Shown in pieces: positions 1 through 14,474 of a stretch of 64,000 bases of DNA. This DNA comes from the human T2T-CHM13v2.0 reference genome, Homo sapiens. The translations under genes were made by a program, and so were the position numbers. Location of the stretch: the NCBI RefSeq assembly GCF_009914755.1, contig NC_060944.1. The stretch is one strand, 5' to 3'. The notes beneath the pieces were generated by a model. It made no database searches, was not told the DNA's origin, and saw only the letters and a program-made list of their open reading frames with translations. How positions within the stretch are numbered: position 1 is the first letter of the stretch; each line of letters starts with the position of its first letter.

Positions 1-2509
1 GGCACCACTGACCTGCAGGCAGGGAAAGCCTGCCAGGTCAGCCATGCGCTTGGCATCAGGAGGAGAGGATCAGAGCCAGCAGTGGTCACAATGAGGGCAA
101 AACCCTCACAGTGGAATATTGTCACCCAAAAGGGATGGGTGGCTGTAGGGCTTTTTGGATGGAAGCATAAATGAGAAAATACACACGTTTCTGTAAATGG
201 ACCTGTTTGGGAAGACAAGGCCACAGTACACATAGTTTTCTAGCAATCTAAACCTTATGTGTCATGATGTAGATATTTACAGGACAAGCAAGAACAACAA
301 AACCTTCAGTTTTGTTCTCCAGTATAAGATAATTGAAGACACTTGTGGTGAAAAGTACTTCTGTCACCAGGAAGATAGATAACAGCCAGCAATCAATGCC
401 TTTCTGTTGTACAAGTTAAAAAGTCCATTAAATCCATTTTTTTTTCAGTGCATACACAAGAATACATTTGGATACTCCTGCAAATTCATATTTAAGAATA
501 GTGTTTCTCAAATCGGTTATTTGAAAGAAACTCAAAGGAAAAAGCAGACACTTCCACAATATGTCCTTGCTCTGTTGTAGTCTGTAATTGTGAACTTTTG
601 TAAATTGTTACAACCCTGGATGAATGATGGGAATATAACAGGTTGTAGAATTGGAGAACGTTAAATCTTTGTTCCTAATGGCAAAACATGTTTTTCTCAT
701 TTTCATCAGAATGTGTGATCCATGCCATTTGAAATCAAATTCCAAACACAATGAGCCATTAGTGTAATAGCTCATTACTAACAGCGGTCTTATAAATAAT
801 ACATTCTTATCATACACATGCAGCTCGCTGTGAAGCCAGCAAAAGGTATTTCAGGCCATCGAAGTTTTGTTGCGCCAGCGCGGCTGTAGATTAGAAGGAC
901 ATCTCCATGTGAACCAAGATGGATGCCAATTTTCCCTGCCGAGAGTCAGGCTGGCCGTCTCTTTCTGCACATATGGTAGATGGATTGGTTAATCAGCGTC
1001 TGCTGAGTCTTGGGCCTGAAATTACAGAGAAGCTAGACAACTGCGGCTATGCAGCCTTTGTTCACGAGTGCAAACAAGACAAACAATCACTTGTTATTTG
1101 GGAAAAAAATTAAAATGTTTATTTTGGACTTTTATTAAAGTGTCAATGGCTTTATAAAACAGCTGTGTAAATCCAGGCTTTTTCAGCAAGTATCATTTTA
1201 GGGGGCCTGTAAAGAAAGGAATATACATGAAAAAATTAATTTTTAAAAATTCCCCTCATATTTCAGTATTGAGAAGAAAATAGAGGAGGTCTCACTTTTA
1301 TTTTGCAAACACGTTTGAGAACAAATGATTTTTAACTGGGAGACATATTCGAGAACAAATAGTAGTTTAATACCTATTTTTTTTTTTTTTTTGGTGTCAT
1401 TTAAAAAACTGAGTATTATTGTAGCCCGATTCTCTGTTTTAGGAGATTAAAGCATTTTCTCTGACTGGGCATTTATGGAAAGATGCTGCGTTCTTGGGAA
1501 TAGAGAATGCCTGTGATTATTGAGTTCTGCTACTTTCTGAATGCAATGGTTATCTAAAAGTCTGAACACTTGAGAGATAGGACCCAGTAAATGCAGGTTT
1601 CTAATAAGAGCTATCAGAGTCTAATCAGTCAACCAGAATTTGCTTAAAATCTACTAATAATTATTTTATGTGAAATTTAAAGGACTATGTATTTTCTCTC
1701 TCTTTTTAAATTTTAAATACTTTCCTTGCAGAAAACAATGAAATACAGAATTACTTAAGGGATATATTAAGGAGTTTCAGTCACAGCCGTCTCTCCATGT
1801 GGAATATGATAGAATTAAAGTCTGTTGTTAATTTCTAATGTTTTGGTACCAATCAGGTACCTGGTACCCAACCAAGGTTCAGATCAGCTAGTTACTCATC
1901 TTCTCGCCTATGTATTACTCATCAAAGACTGAAAATCATGGGGACGACTGCAAGAGCTTCAGAACCAGGCATTTCAGGGTGATGGGAAGTTCAACATTTG
2001 CAGATCAGACCCACCTGGTGAACCAGCCTAGCCTGACTCAAGTTTACTTCACTGGAACATTTTCCACCAAACTTCCTTCCCTCATATCTCCTCCCTATCA
2101 GACTATCCAGTTAATAAATAAGTGACTTCAAGACAAATTGAAGAGTTTCTACCTGATAAGGAGCTAGGGACCGTGAACTTTCTCTGTACTGGGGGCTGAT
2201 CAGATGGGCACTGGAACAATGACCTGTATTCCTGAGAAGTGTGCATGGCAGAGGGAAAGAAAGTAGACAGGAGCGCCAGGCTTATGGTGGGGTACAAACA
2301 CAAGACACCAAATGGCAGAGGATATGGAGCAGGCAGGAGCATGGTCTGAGCAGAGGGCAAGTGTTCCAATGGTTGAAGGGTCAAGAACTCTGGCAATTTC
2401 CCTGTTACTTATGCACCACTAGGTGTGTCCCCAGTGGTCACTTATTGGGACATTTTTTGAGCATGTTTTATGTACTGAAGGAAGACACTTATTCCTCCCT
2501 TAAATCTCA

Positions 2510-2905
<396 letters not shown>

Positions 2906-3402
2906 GAATAATGAGGTGTTTTGGATATTTCAGGTGGAAGGCACAGCTGTTGGGTTCATGAGTGTGTGCTCAAGAGTGAACATGCAACTGCTGCATGAGT
3001 GCTTTGACTTGGGCCCTTTCCACGGACTCTGTTTCCCACATCCTGATGACGTTCTGGAATCACCACAAGACCTAAGTGTCCGAAGAAGTCAAGGTACAGT
3101 GGCTATCACAGGGACACACTGGGAAATTAAATCTATGCTTTATACACATTGCGCTCTTCGCTAAGTGATGGAACTAGATAGGATGCTTTATATTTCCTTC
3201 CCCAGTTCCCCTTAAGGAGTAGTTCCCATGGTTGGTCACATCCTTGTGAAATACCTACAAGCACAGATAGTCACAGTGCAGGGGTGGAGTTAGACATAGT
3301 GGACTTGGGGCCTTAGGGCTCCCACATTCAGGATGCTCACTTCTTGAATGTTCATTGCTAGAGTACATGTAAGTTATGATGAAATAATTACTGGTGTTTC
3401 AG

Positions 3403-3406
<4 letters not shown>

Positions 3407-3434
<28 letters not shown>
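3407..3434. repeat. (CA)n microsatellite
   Basis: About 14 CA units seen directly. Confidence 0.95.
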
Positions 3435-3767
3435 ACCAAATACAACAAGTGAATTTTTCAAATCAAGAACTCAGGAAATTTTTTATGCTTTTAAGTTTTA
3501 ATCCCAACTTTCAGTGCTTCTGTTTTTGTCTTTGACAAATCATTATGTAGTATAGGTCTGTTGCAAGTAGTCATTTTTAACTTGCTTAAGTTACTTCTAG
3601 TTATATGAAATAATACCATCAATTTTAAAATATTGTCTGTATCAAGATTTTCACCACGTTCAATTAGGTAACCTCAAACTTTGATGTTTTAATTTAGTGA
3701 GGTCTTACTGTATCCATGGGTATCTTTGCGGTTACATATTTGGGTTCTTACAGAAGACAGATGCAGA

Positions 3768-3935
3768 CAGGCAAGTTACCATGGGTACATCAATTCACTT
3801 CTCCAAAGCTGGATTTCTTCATTTGTAAAATGGGCATAATAGTAATACCTCCCACACGGGGGGGGGGTTGTGAAGTTTCACTGAGATAAGCCATGTAGAG
3901 TGCTTTGCACAGTCAACACTCAATAAATGTTGATC
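3768..3935 (+). mobile_element. MIR fragment
   Basis: ttcatttgtaaaatgggcataatagtaatacctc...ctcaataaatgtt matches MIR core and tail. Confidence 0.8.
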
Positions 3936-4455
3936 ATCACCGTTAGCAATTATTTTTTCTTTGTGTCGGCCTTCCACCAACTTGAATCTTCCTAGGGTAA
4001 AATCAGGGTATTTCAAATTGCTATGCTTTCTCCTGTCTGAAAGATTACACCAAGATTGTTCAGAAATGGGGAAAGGAGCACTTGGCTGGTGGCAAAGGAC
4101 TTGCCAATCTAGACAACAGAAGGCAGTGACTTGGCTAAGCTTATCCCCTGAATGCATAAACCCCGTGCACAGTGTCTAGACCTCATCTGAACATACACAC
4201 TTATCACAGAGAACCTGCAAAGCCACAGATAGAGGAGTTTCCCTTTTGTGCTGATGATAACAACACCCTCCCCAAAAGAGATTTGGGGTCCTTATTGTTT
4301 AATAGTGAAGCCTTGCTTGCCATGCTTCCCAGAGAAGAACTCTACCATAGGAGAGTTCTGAGGGAACTTATCAGTGTGAGACAGTCTGGAACCATAAGTT
4401 GTCATTGTTATTTTCCAATGCTTAAATTCTTCTTTGAAAGCAGCACTAAATGGCC

Positions 4456-4752
<297 letters not shown>

Positions 4753-4779
4753 TAAATAGCCTTTTTATGGCTGAATATT

Positions 4780-4900
4780 CTCACATGTAAAATGGAGATA
4801 AAAATAGTATCTAACCCAAAGAATTGAGGGGACAATTAAATGTTAGAATCTATGTGTTGTGCTTAGCTCAGCGCCAAACACAAAGTAAGTCCTGAACATT
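4780..4900 (+). mobile_element. MIR fragment
   Basis: tgtaaaatggagataaaaatagtatcta... MIR core. Confidence 0.6.
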
Positions 4901-5594
4901 TAAAAATATTTTTTCCCCTGTGGCTGTTGTAATGAAGAACAAGTTGAAAAGATGTAGTCCCTTCCAGTGTGTTTCTGAGTGGCTCTGATGCTACTGTTTC
5001 CTACATAGAATGAATGGAAAATTCCTTAGAAACTTTATGGGGCAGTGAAATTCAAAATTTAAACTGAACCCTGGACTTAAAAACATACGTAAGCTAGTAT
5101 ATCTCTAGCAAGAGCCCACAGAGATATGGGCACTAAAAGAAGTCCTACTTCTGTTTACCTCCTTCAATATTTTTACCTAAAATAAGTCAATCTAGGACAG
5201 ATGGTAAGTAAAAGAAATAGGAAAACTTATCTTCTGTGCCTTGTTTATTTTTGAAAGTCAGCTTTATGTTCATTGACACAAAGATGATTCCTTATGAAAT
5301 TTTCACCAGGGAGCTGGCATTGTAGACTTCCACATAACTTCCAGGGATTGAGTCACAAATCATCAACAGCTCATTATATCTAAGAAAAGAGTCATCAGCA
5401 CATTTTGCTGCCATCTTCCTATCAACAACAACAAAGAATGAGGCTCCAGAGAAAATTCTAAATGTACTGTGATCTGTTACTTTCCTTTCCTGATGAAAGT
5501 CTCAAGTTAAAGGAAATATAATTTCTCTAAAATATGAACTAAAATTCTTGTTTCAAATGAGCACACATCACTGTGTCTCATATCTTGTATTTTG

Positions 5595-5780
5595 TTTAGT
5601 GCTTTTTTCCATTTCAAAGGATTTTTATATATGTAATCTCATGTTATCCTATAACTTGGTGTAGGAGAGCTAGGGAAGGTGAGGTTCTCTCCATTTTTTA
5701 CTTGCTAAAGCTCATCCAAGCTTTTAAAGCTCATCAGTGGCTGACCCAGAAGGCAGACCCAGCCTCTCTCTGCTTTCGTG
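5595..5780 (-). mobile_element. MIR fragment
   Basis: Degenerate reverse MIR (atctcatgttatcctataac...ccattttttac...cccagcctct). Confidence 0.5.
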
Positions 5781-5886
5781 CATGATGATAGTCTTGGCAA
5801 GGTAACGTCTTATCTTGGATGGTTTTGACAGAAAACTCCAATGACGGGTCTGCTACACAAGATACATGATGAGTTTTTTCACTTTA

Positions 5887-6206
<320 letters not shown>

Positions 6207-6269
6207 AGTTTTTTCACTTTAATAAGTTATTTAATGAATGATCACTTCAGTGGGTGATCAGTGACCTGC

Positions 6270-7090
6270 CCATATCCCTCCGACTTTTATTTTGTATGTG
6301 TGTGCTCCAAACAACTCCTATCTGCTGGAATCTTCACCTCTGTGTCTGCAGGCTTTTTTAAAACTGTGAAAGGCCACTCTGACCTATGCAGGGGTCAGGC
6401 TGGAAGTGTCAGGAAATTATCACTCAAGGAATAGACTCTGTTTCCCTATGTCACATCCCAGCTTCCCTGCTGGTGCTTTCTCCATTGACTCCCAAATAAA
6501 TGGTTGTAACTGAATCTTTAACTTAAGATTTGCCTCTGAGGCAAGTGAGACCAAGACACTACTAGTTAGGTCTTTTCCTACCAGCTGTGAAAGCATTTAT
6601 TTATACACAGCTGACTTGGGTGAGAGTATAAATACCCCAGCTCCCTCACTCCTCAGGTGGGAGGACTCAGATATGTGAGTATTGGCTGGTTTCCCAGAGT
6701 TCCCCCAAGGGATTAAGTTTCAGTTGTCCATAATAGTAATCTGGGTGATAACACATGTGTTGTTGTTTTTTAACTTTTAAGTTCAGGGGTACATGAGAAG
6801 GTTTGTTACATAGGTAAACTTGTGTCATGTGGGTTTGTTGTACAGATTATGGCATCACCCAGGTATTAAGCCTAGTACCCATTAGTTACTTTTCCTGATC
6901 CTCTCCCTCCTCCCACCCTCCACCCTCAAAAGGCCCCAGTGTGTGTTGTTCCCCTTTATGTGTCCATGGACAACACACATTTTATTAGTTGCCTTTCCTT
7001 CCCTGTCTCTTTCCTCACTCTCCTACTGGTACATCCTGGAACCACCTCCAAAATAAACTGCTTATTCTCAAGCTCTTCTCTCAAGATCTG
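6270..7090 (+). mobile_element. LTR16-family (ERVL) LTR, fragmented and rearranged, interrupted by L1PA
   Basis: gtataaataccccagctccctc, cctccaaaataaact and terminal ccaagaca motifs typical of LTR16. Confidence 0.7.
6758..6968 (-). mobile_element. L1PA (older, PA13-16-like) 3' end fragment
   Basis: ttttaagttcaggggtacatg...gtttgttacataggtaaac is the reverse L1PA 3'UTR. Confidence 0.85.
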
Positions 7091-7271
7091 ATCTTTCCCT
7101 GCCAGCTGTGAAAACTTGCAATTTCACACCAACCTCAACCCTTTCAAGCAGAATAATGTCAAGACTCAGCATTCTTAAATGAATCCAGAGGCCCTCCTTT
7201 TTCTAGCTCCTAATACACATGGTAATTAGCTTACTGTCCTTCATCATCTCAGCCTTATCAAAAGTTTCCCT

Positions 7272-7508
7272 GGAGGTCTGGCTGGTGTTAACAGAAAGGA
7301 GGGCAGAGCTGGTGTGGCTGACCATGGAGAAAGCTGACTTGGCTGGTGTGGTGCAGAGAAGCCAGCTTGTTTATGTGCTTATTCCATGACTGCTTGTCCT
7401 GAGCAGAAAGTGCTTTTCAGGATCTATTTTTGGAGGTTTATTAAGTATGTTCTCAATTCCAACAGTTTAATGAAGATCTAAATAAAATGCTAGGTTCTAC
7501 CTTAAAAA
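7272..7508 (+). pseudogene. 5'-truncated processed retrocopy of an mRNA 3'UTR end (recalled as DDX17-like, unverified)
   Basis: Exact 12-bp TSD aaaagtttccct (7260-7271 and 7509-7520), AATAAA at 7481, poly(A) from 7504, non-repeat body. Confidence 0.8.
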
Positions 7509-7659
7509 AAAAGTTTCCCTGAATCTAAAATGTTTAACTGTGTACAATCAATTTGTGTTTTACCTGAATAATTTGTGTATGTTTTCATAGCTACCCATTT
7601 TGCATGTATAACCTATTACATACTTGTAAACTTTGGTTTTTATGTACTAAACATTGGGA

Positions 7660-7892
7660 GTAAACTGGGACCAATGGGAATAGGTTCTAAGGATGTAAAT
7701 TTTGTCCAAGCATAAGGAAAAACTAGTAGAAGTGTATTTTTTTTATTTAATGGAGGACCTAGTGTGGAAGTAGCAAGTTCCCAGAATATTGGAAGAATTC
7801 ATAAAGAAACAGTCATACACACTTACAAAGGGCTTTCTGCTTGTGTGGAAGATTATACTGAATGAGATGTAAGATCCCCTTAAATGCTAAAA
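7660..7892 (+). mobile_element. L3/CR1 3' fragment
   Basis: Degenerate CR1 3'-end-like sequence (ataaggaaaaact...aagttcccaga...gagatgtaagatcccct). Confidence 0.4.
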
Positions 7893-8952
7893 AAAACTTA
7901 TTGAATACATATCAAGATGTTCCATATGCCTGGCACTTTATGAATATTTTCCTTCAGTGACAATAAAATGGTTCAAAACAATATTTTTTCCAGTTGGCCG
8001 CAGCACTGGCCCTGCCTGGTGTTTGCAAATCAAGCTGTGTCTTTTGTTAGCTGCATCACCCAATAAATATTTTGGAATCAAGCTTGAGCTGGCAATTTTC
8101 TTGATAATGCATAAGGCAAAATAGGGCACAACCTGCATTTCCACAGCTGTACTGGCATTGCCGCATTTAATAGTTAAAATAAAAAAATAAAAACAAGCAA
8201 AAAACAAAACTTTTGTTCCTCATGTAGGCCGTTGAGATCTGGGCAGCATGAATCTCTGTTTTAAAAGACTCCTGCAAGGTTCCGATTTGTAAATCTCATT
8301 ATATACCCAGGGCCCACCTTACAAAGTCTCTGCAGAACTTGATGTGCTCCTTGGCAGGGAGAGATTTCACTTTACATAATAGAGTTATGGGCATTCAAAA
8401 GAATAACTAGTGTAGCCCCTTGTCACCAAGTCATCCAGGAAAACTGTTGCTCACTATACATATAAAAGACCCTTCAAAATAGAATTTTTGTAATGTCTCC
8501 ACGTAAAACATCGCAATATTGCCTTTAACTTTTTTTTTTTAAATTACTCCTGCTGTCAGGAAATGTCTTTATATGTCTTATTTCAATTTTATGTCTTGTT
8601 TTATTGAACTCACATTTGCTTCTTATCTCAGATTCCCTCATCTCTTGGGTTAGGAAACACCTAGACCCACTCTCCCTGTGTCGGAGCTAAAAAACAATGG
8701 CTACATTAAGTCTTATTGATTGTGTATTAAATCATCCCAGGTCTTTTCGCCTCTCTTCCTAAGGTTCCATTTTATATTCCTGGATTCCCTTCTATTTTAC
8801 TTTATTCTTCTTTTAACATGGATTCCAAACAGGACTGGAGCACGTATCTACAGGGTGTGTTAGGATTTCTGCTGCCGTCTTTACATTACAGATCTCGGAA
8901 CCTTGTTTTTAACAGTCAGTTCATTCTGTAGTTAACCAGTGACCCACCAGGA

Positions 8953-9327
8953 CTTAGTCTGCCAGGGCTGCCATAACAAAGTGCCACAGACTGGGTGGCT
9001 TAAAAAACAGAAATTGATTTTCTCACATTTGTGAGGCCAGAAGTCAAGATGTTGGAGGGGTCAGTTTCTTTTGAGGCCTCCCTCCTTGACTTGTAGACGG
9101 CCATCTTCTCCCCATGTCTTCACAGGGTCTTCCCTCTGTGCCCATCAGTGTTTTTGGTTTTTCTTTTTATAAGGACACCAGTCACAATGCATTAGGGCTC
9201 ACCTGTAACTTTAACTCAGTTACCTCTTTAAAGACTGTCTGCAAATACAGTCCCATTCTGAGGTACTAGGGGTTAAGCCTTCAGTGTACGAGTTTTGGGG
9301 GTGGGAGGAGGCACACTACAGCCCAGG
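8953..9327 (-). mobile_element. MLT1 (A/B/C-like) MaLR LTR
   Basis: agggctgccataacaaagtgccacagactgggtggcttaaa...cattctgaggtactaggggttaag. Confidence 0.9.
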
Positions 9328-9892
9328 AGAGGCTCTATGGTATCGTACTGCCTTCCTCTGGTCCCTAATAGGGGGGCGGTATGTGTTCAGGGTGGGGAAT
9401 GTTTGGATGTCTACATCCTCTCATAAGCCCATGTTCTTCCCCTGGCTGGATGTAAGCCGCACCCACCCAACCTTCTGTGCCCGAGGAAAGTCCCTGTGTC
9501 CCACCAATGGGCTTCTCATTGTTCCTGGCATGGGTTTCAGATCCCCCTAGGAGAGGAGTTCTGTTCTTACAGGCTTCTGTGCCCTGGTCACCTCCACTTC
9601 CCAGGAGGCTAGGGTGAGTTCTGGGGCCCATTATAGCTCTCACTCAGTGGCCACACAGCAATATTACTCACTTGGTAGCAGTTGCCACCAAATTTGCCAT
9701 TTTCTCATTGTGATCTGGGCTTTGAGCATCTCAGTTCTCCCTCCTCCCCTTTTCTTTCCTTCTCCTAGATCCTGTGGTGTGGTTCTTTGATGCCTGTACT
9801 CAAGGCTCTGATAGTAATGCAGACAGTGGCAGCAAAGTCGGCTTTACTTAATGTTCATACATAGCCCTAATATACTAACTTATACTTGTTAA

Positions 9893-10200
<308 letters not shown>

Positions 10201-10277
10201 ATGAATTTCATTTTTTTAAGCCACTGAATGTCTTTAGCATATGAAGGCAACATCTTCGAAAGCTTTAGCTACTCTTG

Positions 10278-10279
<2 letters not shown>

Positions 10280-10325
<46 letters not shown>
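10280..10325. repeat. (TA)n microsatellite
   Basis: About 23 perfect TA units. Confidence 0.97.
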
Positions 10326-10330
<5 letters not shown>

Positions 10331-11900
10331 TGATTTTCTAGAATCTACTTTGTTAATTCTAAAGCTTTGCAAGAGATGTTGATAAAACAAATAAATCATA
10401 CCAGACCTATACCCAGGCATCTCCAATGTTGAGAGTTTAGACTCTTTCAGGGCTTTCAGGGCAGAGCCCCTGGACTGGTAGGATACCAGGAAGACTGTAA
10501 TCCAGACCTGAAGCCCAGAACTTGTTGTCAGGGACATGACCCCAAAGCCATCTTGGTGAGCCTTTTGGTTATTTCATAAAACCTGTTGTCAATTCTCCAT
10601 CTTAATTCCAAAGCTGATTTCTAAGCCTTTTCTAATGTCTTCAAAAACAACCATAGCATCAAAGGATGGCAACCACTTAAGAATCTATTATTTTGCAGAC
10701 AGCAACATGACTGAGATCTGCATTCCTCCTTTCCTCTTCAGCCCTGGGAGCGACCTGTGATATCACAGCCTTGTTCTCCAACAGTCAGATTCATTTCACA
10801 ATGGTGGAAATACAAGCGCATTTTTGTATGGGGCCTGGAGGTCTTCAGAAGAAAAGTGGCTTTATTTATATTCGTTATGATCATTATGTGCTGGGATTAT
10901 TTTCTCAGTAGGGGATGTCTCTTTTGCCCATATTTATGAAGCAGGGGAGAAGGCATTTAATGAAGTTCAAGAGTGTATTTGACTGTAAAACACATCTCAG
11001 TACATTCACATGTAAATAACCCTTTTATTTGTTCTCTCTGGTGACCTTTTTCCTGTTGGGGTAGATCACAGTTTGTTGTTGTTTTCCATTTTCAGATGGA
11101 AGGCTGAAAGATAATAACGAAAGATTATGCAAAAAAAATCCGTGTTTAAAATAATGTTGATATGCCACTTGTGTTGCAGGATAATTATAGTAATTTGGCT
11201 ATTACGCTATATGGAGTCAGCAGTTAGTTGCTAGAAAACACGGTGATAGGGGTGATTCAAGGGATTTTCATCCCAACTGGGTGTTTGATCCTGCTGACTT
11301 TTCTCTTGAAAATCAATTGCTTGCACTGAATACTTTGAATTCCCCCTTGATTAAATTGGCCATCAGTGGGTCACACCCATTGCACTGAGGTCACTGTGAG
11401 TTCTGTTTACAAAGAGTTTTTGATGATTCTTAAAATATCATGGACCAAATTTAATCTGAGCCAAGCGGCTAAGGAAGCAATTACTGAAAAGCACAGTTTT
11501 TGCACATGGCAACAAACAAAGGAAAATTTATTAATTCTGAAGCTCAACATGAAGCCAGTTATTTGACTACTGGGTCAGAGGCCTTCTCTCCACTGCATTT
11601 TGCTTGGACTTTCGGTATTTTCAGACCTCCATGGACAGATAGGCTCACTCAGTAGAAGACCTGGTAGAGGCATCTTGGAAGCATCTTTGACAACTTTTCC
11701 ATTTCTCCTCAAGGTAGTTAATAGATTCAGGTTTTCTATTTCCTTTGAATCAATTTTGGAAATAAGATTATTCTAGAAAAGCTTAATTTAGTATATGAAG
11801 ATGAAAAATTAGCATACAGTAGTGGAGATATATATAGGAGTATATGTATAATATATGTGTGTATATATGTATCCAACTCTGTGGAAAAATACTTAAAAAA

Positions 11901-12201
11901 ATTTTTTTTCTTTTTTTCAGAGACAAGGTCTCATTTTGTTGCCCAGGCTGGGGTACAGTGGTGCAAGTATGGCTCACTGCAGCCTTGAACTCTTTCTGGG
12001 CTCAAGTGATCCTCCTACTTCAGCTTCCTGAGTAGCTGGACTATAGGTATGTGCCACCATACCTTGCTAATTTTTACATTTTTTTGGAGACAGGGTTTCG
12101 TTTTGTTGCCAGGCTGGTCTTGAATTCCTGGCTTTAAGCAATCTTCCTGCCTTGGCCTCCCAAAGTGCTGGAATTGCAGGGATGAGCAACCACACCCAGC
12201 C
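11901..12201 (-). mobile_element. AluJ
   Basis: Diverged reverse Alu with J-type ctgggctcaagtgatcctcc. Confidence 0.9.
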
Positions 12202-12299
12202 TGTCTTTTTTATTGAGTACTGATTTAAGTCTACATGAAATATTCTAAAATAAAGAGAAAAGCAAATCACAAAAGTAGTTATATAAAAATATTATTCAT

Positions 12300-13500
12300 A
12301 ATAAATGTGGGAAAATATTAAACTTCCCTAAAACTGAAATGCACATTAAAACCCAAGATCTTTTTCTCCCCCATTTTGCCTACTAAATTGTAAATATGCA
12401 TTGTAATTAAAACACTTAGCTCTGGGCAAGAAGCACTGTAATGAGCACTCAGATTTTCTGATGCTCTGAAGGTTGACTGATATAACATTCTGGAGTACAA
12501 TTTAGTCATGGTTATCACAGAATGCATTAGATGTTCATGTTCTTTGACTTCAACTATAGCAAATTTGAGGAAATAATACTAATACTATAAAAAGATCCAT
12601 ATGCAAGAATTTCACTAAGCTTAATCATAATACTAAAAATGAACAAACAAAAAATATCCAAATAAACAAATGTAAAAACCCCAAGTCTCCCACAAGGAGA
12701 TGGCTAAACTTGTGAATATCCCTTAGATAGATATGCAGAAGCCTTTAAGAAGAAGGTTACAAATAGTGAGGGGAAATGGTTCAGATATAATCTCAGGTGA
12801 AAAAAAAATCAATGCAAAATGAATTGCAGTATCAGTAAAGTCACCTAATAAAACACATGTTATGAAGAGTACAGGGAGGCAATGAACTAAAATGACAAAA
12901 GGGCTGGAGTCATAGAAGTGGCAATAGAGCAACGCTTTTATTTCCTCCCTATATTTTTTAAAATGTGGAAACTATTAAATCTACAGAAAAGTTGCAGATA
13001 CGTTTTTTTCTTCCTAATCCATGTCAACGTAAGTTGCCAACATGAAGTTGTTGGAGCACCTTGGAATACTTTTGTATGTATTTGCTATAAAGAGGGACAT
13101 TCTCCTTTGCAACCTCAAACATCCACTGATATCAGGAAATTAACATGAATATGTTACTACAATTTAATCCACAATCCAAAGACACCAGTTACATTTCTTC
13201 ATTTGTCCTGAGGATGTCCTTTGTGGCAAAAGAATCCAGTCCAGGATAACAAACTGCAGTTACTTGTCATATTGTCTTTCAATGTGGAACAGTTGCTCAG
13301 TCTTTCCCTGCTTTTTATGACCTAGCCCATAATTTTGTAGAACGTAATTTATTTTTGTTTGTTTGATGTTTATTCATGGTGAGAGTCATGTCATGCATGT
13401 GGAACTCTGGGCTCTCAGTCCATCCTATCTGGTGTGATACATTTTCAGTCTGCCCTGTTACTGATGATGATGTGTGTCACTTTGATCACTTGACTAAAGT
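12300..13500. mobile_element. Old L1M fragments (L1ME-like on + at about 12300-12930; L1MC-like 3' end on - at about 12960-13500)
   Basis: Degenerate L1M 3'-end motifs. Confidence 0.55.
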
Positions 13501-14183
13501 GACTCTTTTAGGTAAAAATTAAAATTATTTTCACTTATCCCAGTCTGTGCAGAAGTCTGTAATAATGTCTTTCTTCCTGAACTCTGTATTAGCTCTACCC
13601 TGATTTTCACTTGGAATCAACTGATCCTGTTTTACTCCTTGCTTGGGGTTTCATCTTTGCACCACCCAGCATCCCACCACAGGTACTTGAGGCTGTTGAG
13701 CTCTCCTTGGGTAAATGATGCTCTTGGTTGTTCCATACGTCAGTCCTTCTATGCTTGAGCTGGTGTCAGCCTCTGGTAATTGCTGTGCGTGGTCCATTTC
13801 AGGCAGATGGCTCCTGACTTACTTTGTAGCCAGAATAGACTTCAGCAAGGCAGACTCCCTTCCCCCTCTAACTAGGGTGCTCACAAACGACATGGACCCA
13901 GCTCCCAAGTGCTCGGTCTAAAGCTTTACCTACAATTTATTCTCTCCTGTAGCTGTGATTATATCTCTTTCTTCTTAAAGTCATCTTTGCTTTTTACTCT
14001 GTCTTGTCTTTTAATTAGGTTTTCCTGTTTGGTCTTTTCAAAGAGCTAGCTCTTAATCTATCAAGTCTATGGGTTTCTTTTTGAATTTATTAATATCTGC
14101 TTTCATTTTGTGACCTCTTTCTCCTGATTTCTTTGAATGTGTTTTGTTCTTCCTATTCTAATTGTCTAATTGCCTGATTCATT

Positions 14184-14441
<258 letters not shown>

Positions 14442-14474
14442 TTGTTTTAAAATAAAAGCACTTCTTGGGAAGAC

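Noticed and set aside
919-1113. 64-aa ORF in the CpG-retaining block
   Set aside because: No homology recognised; a noncoding explanation is more likely
9573-9613. Possible 41-nt exon (ttacAG...GG|GTGAGT)
   Set aside because: Isolated; such splice-like motifs are frequent by chance and no linked frame was found
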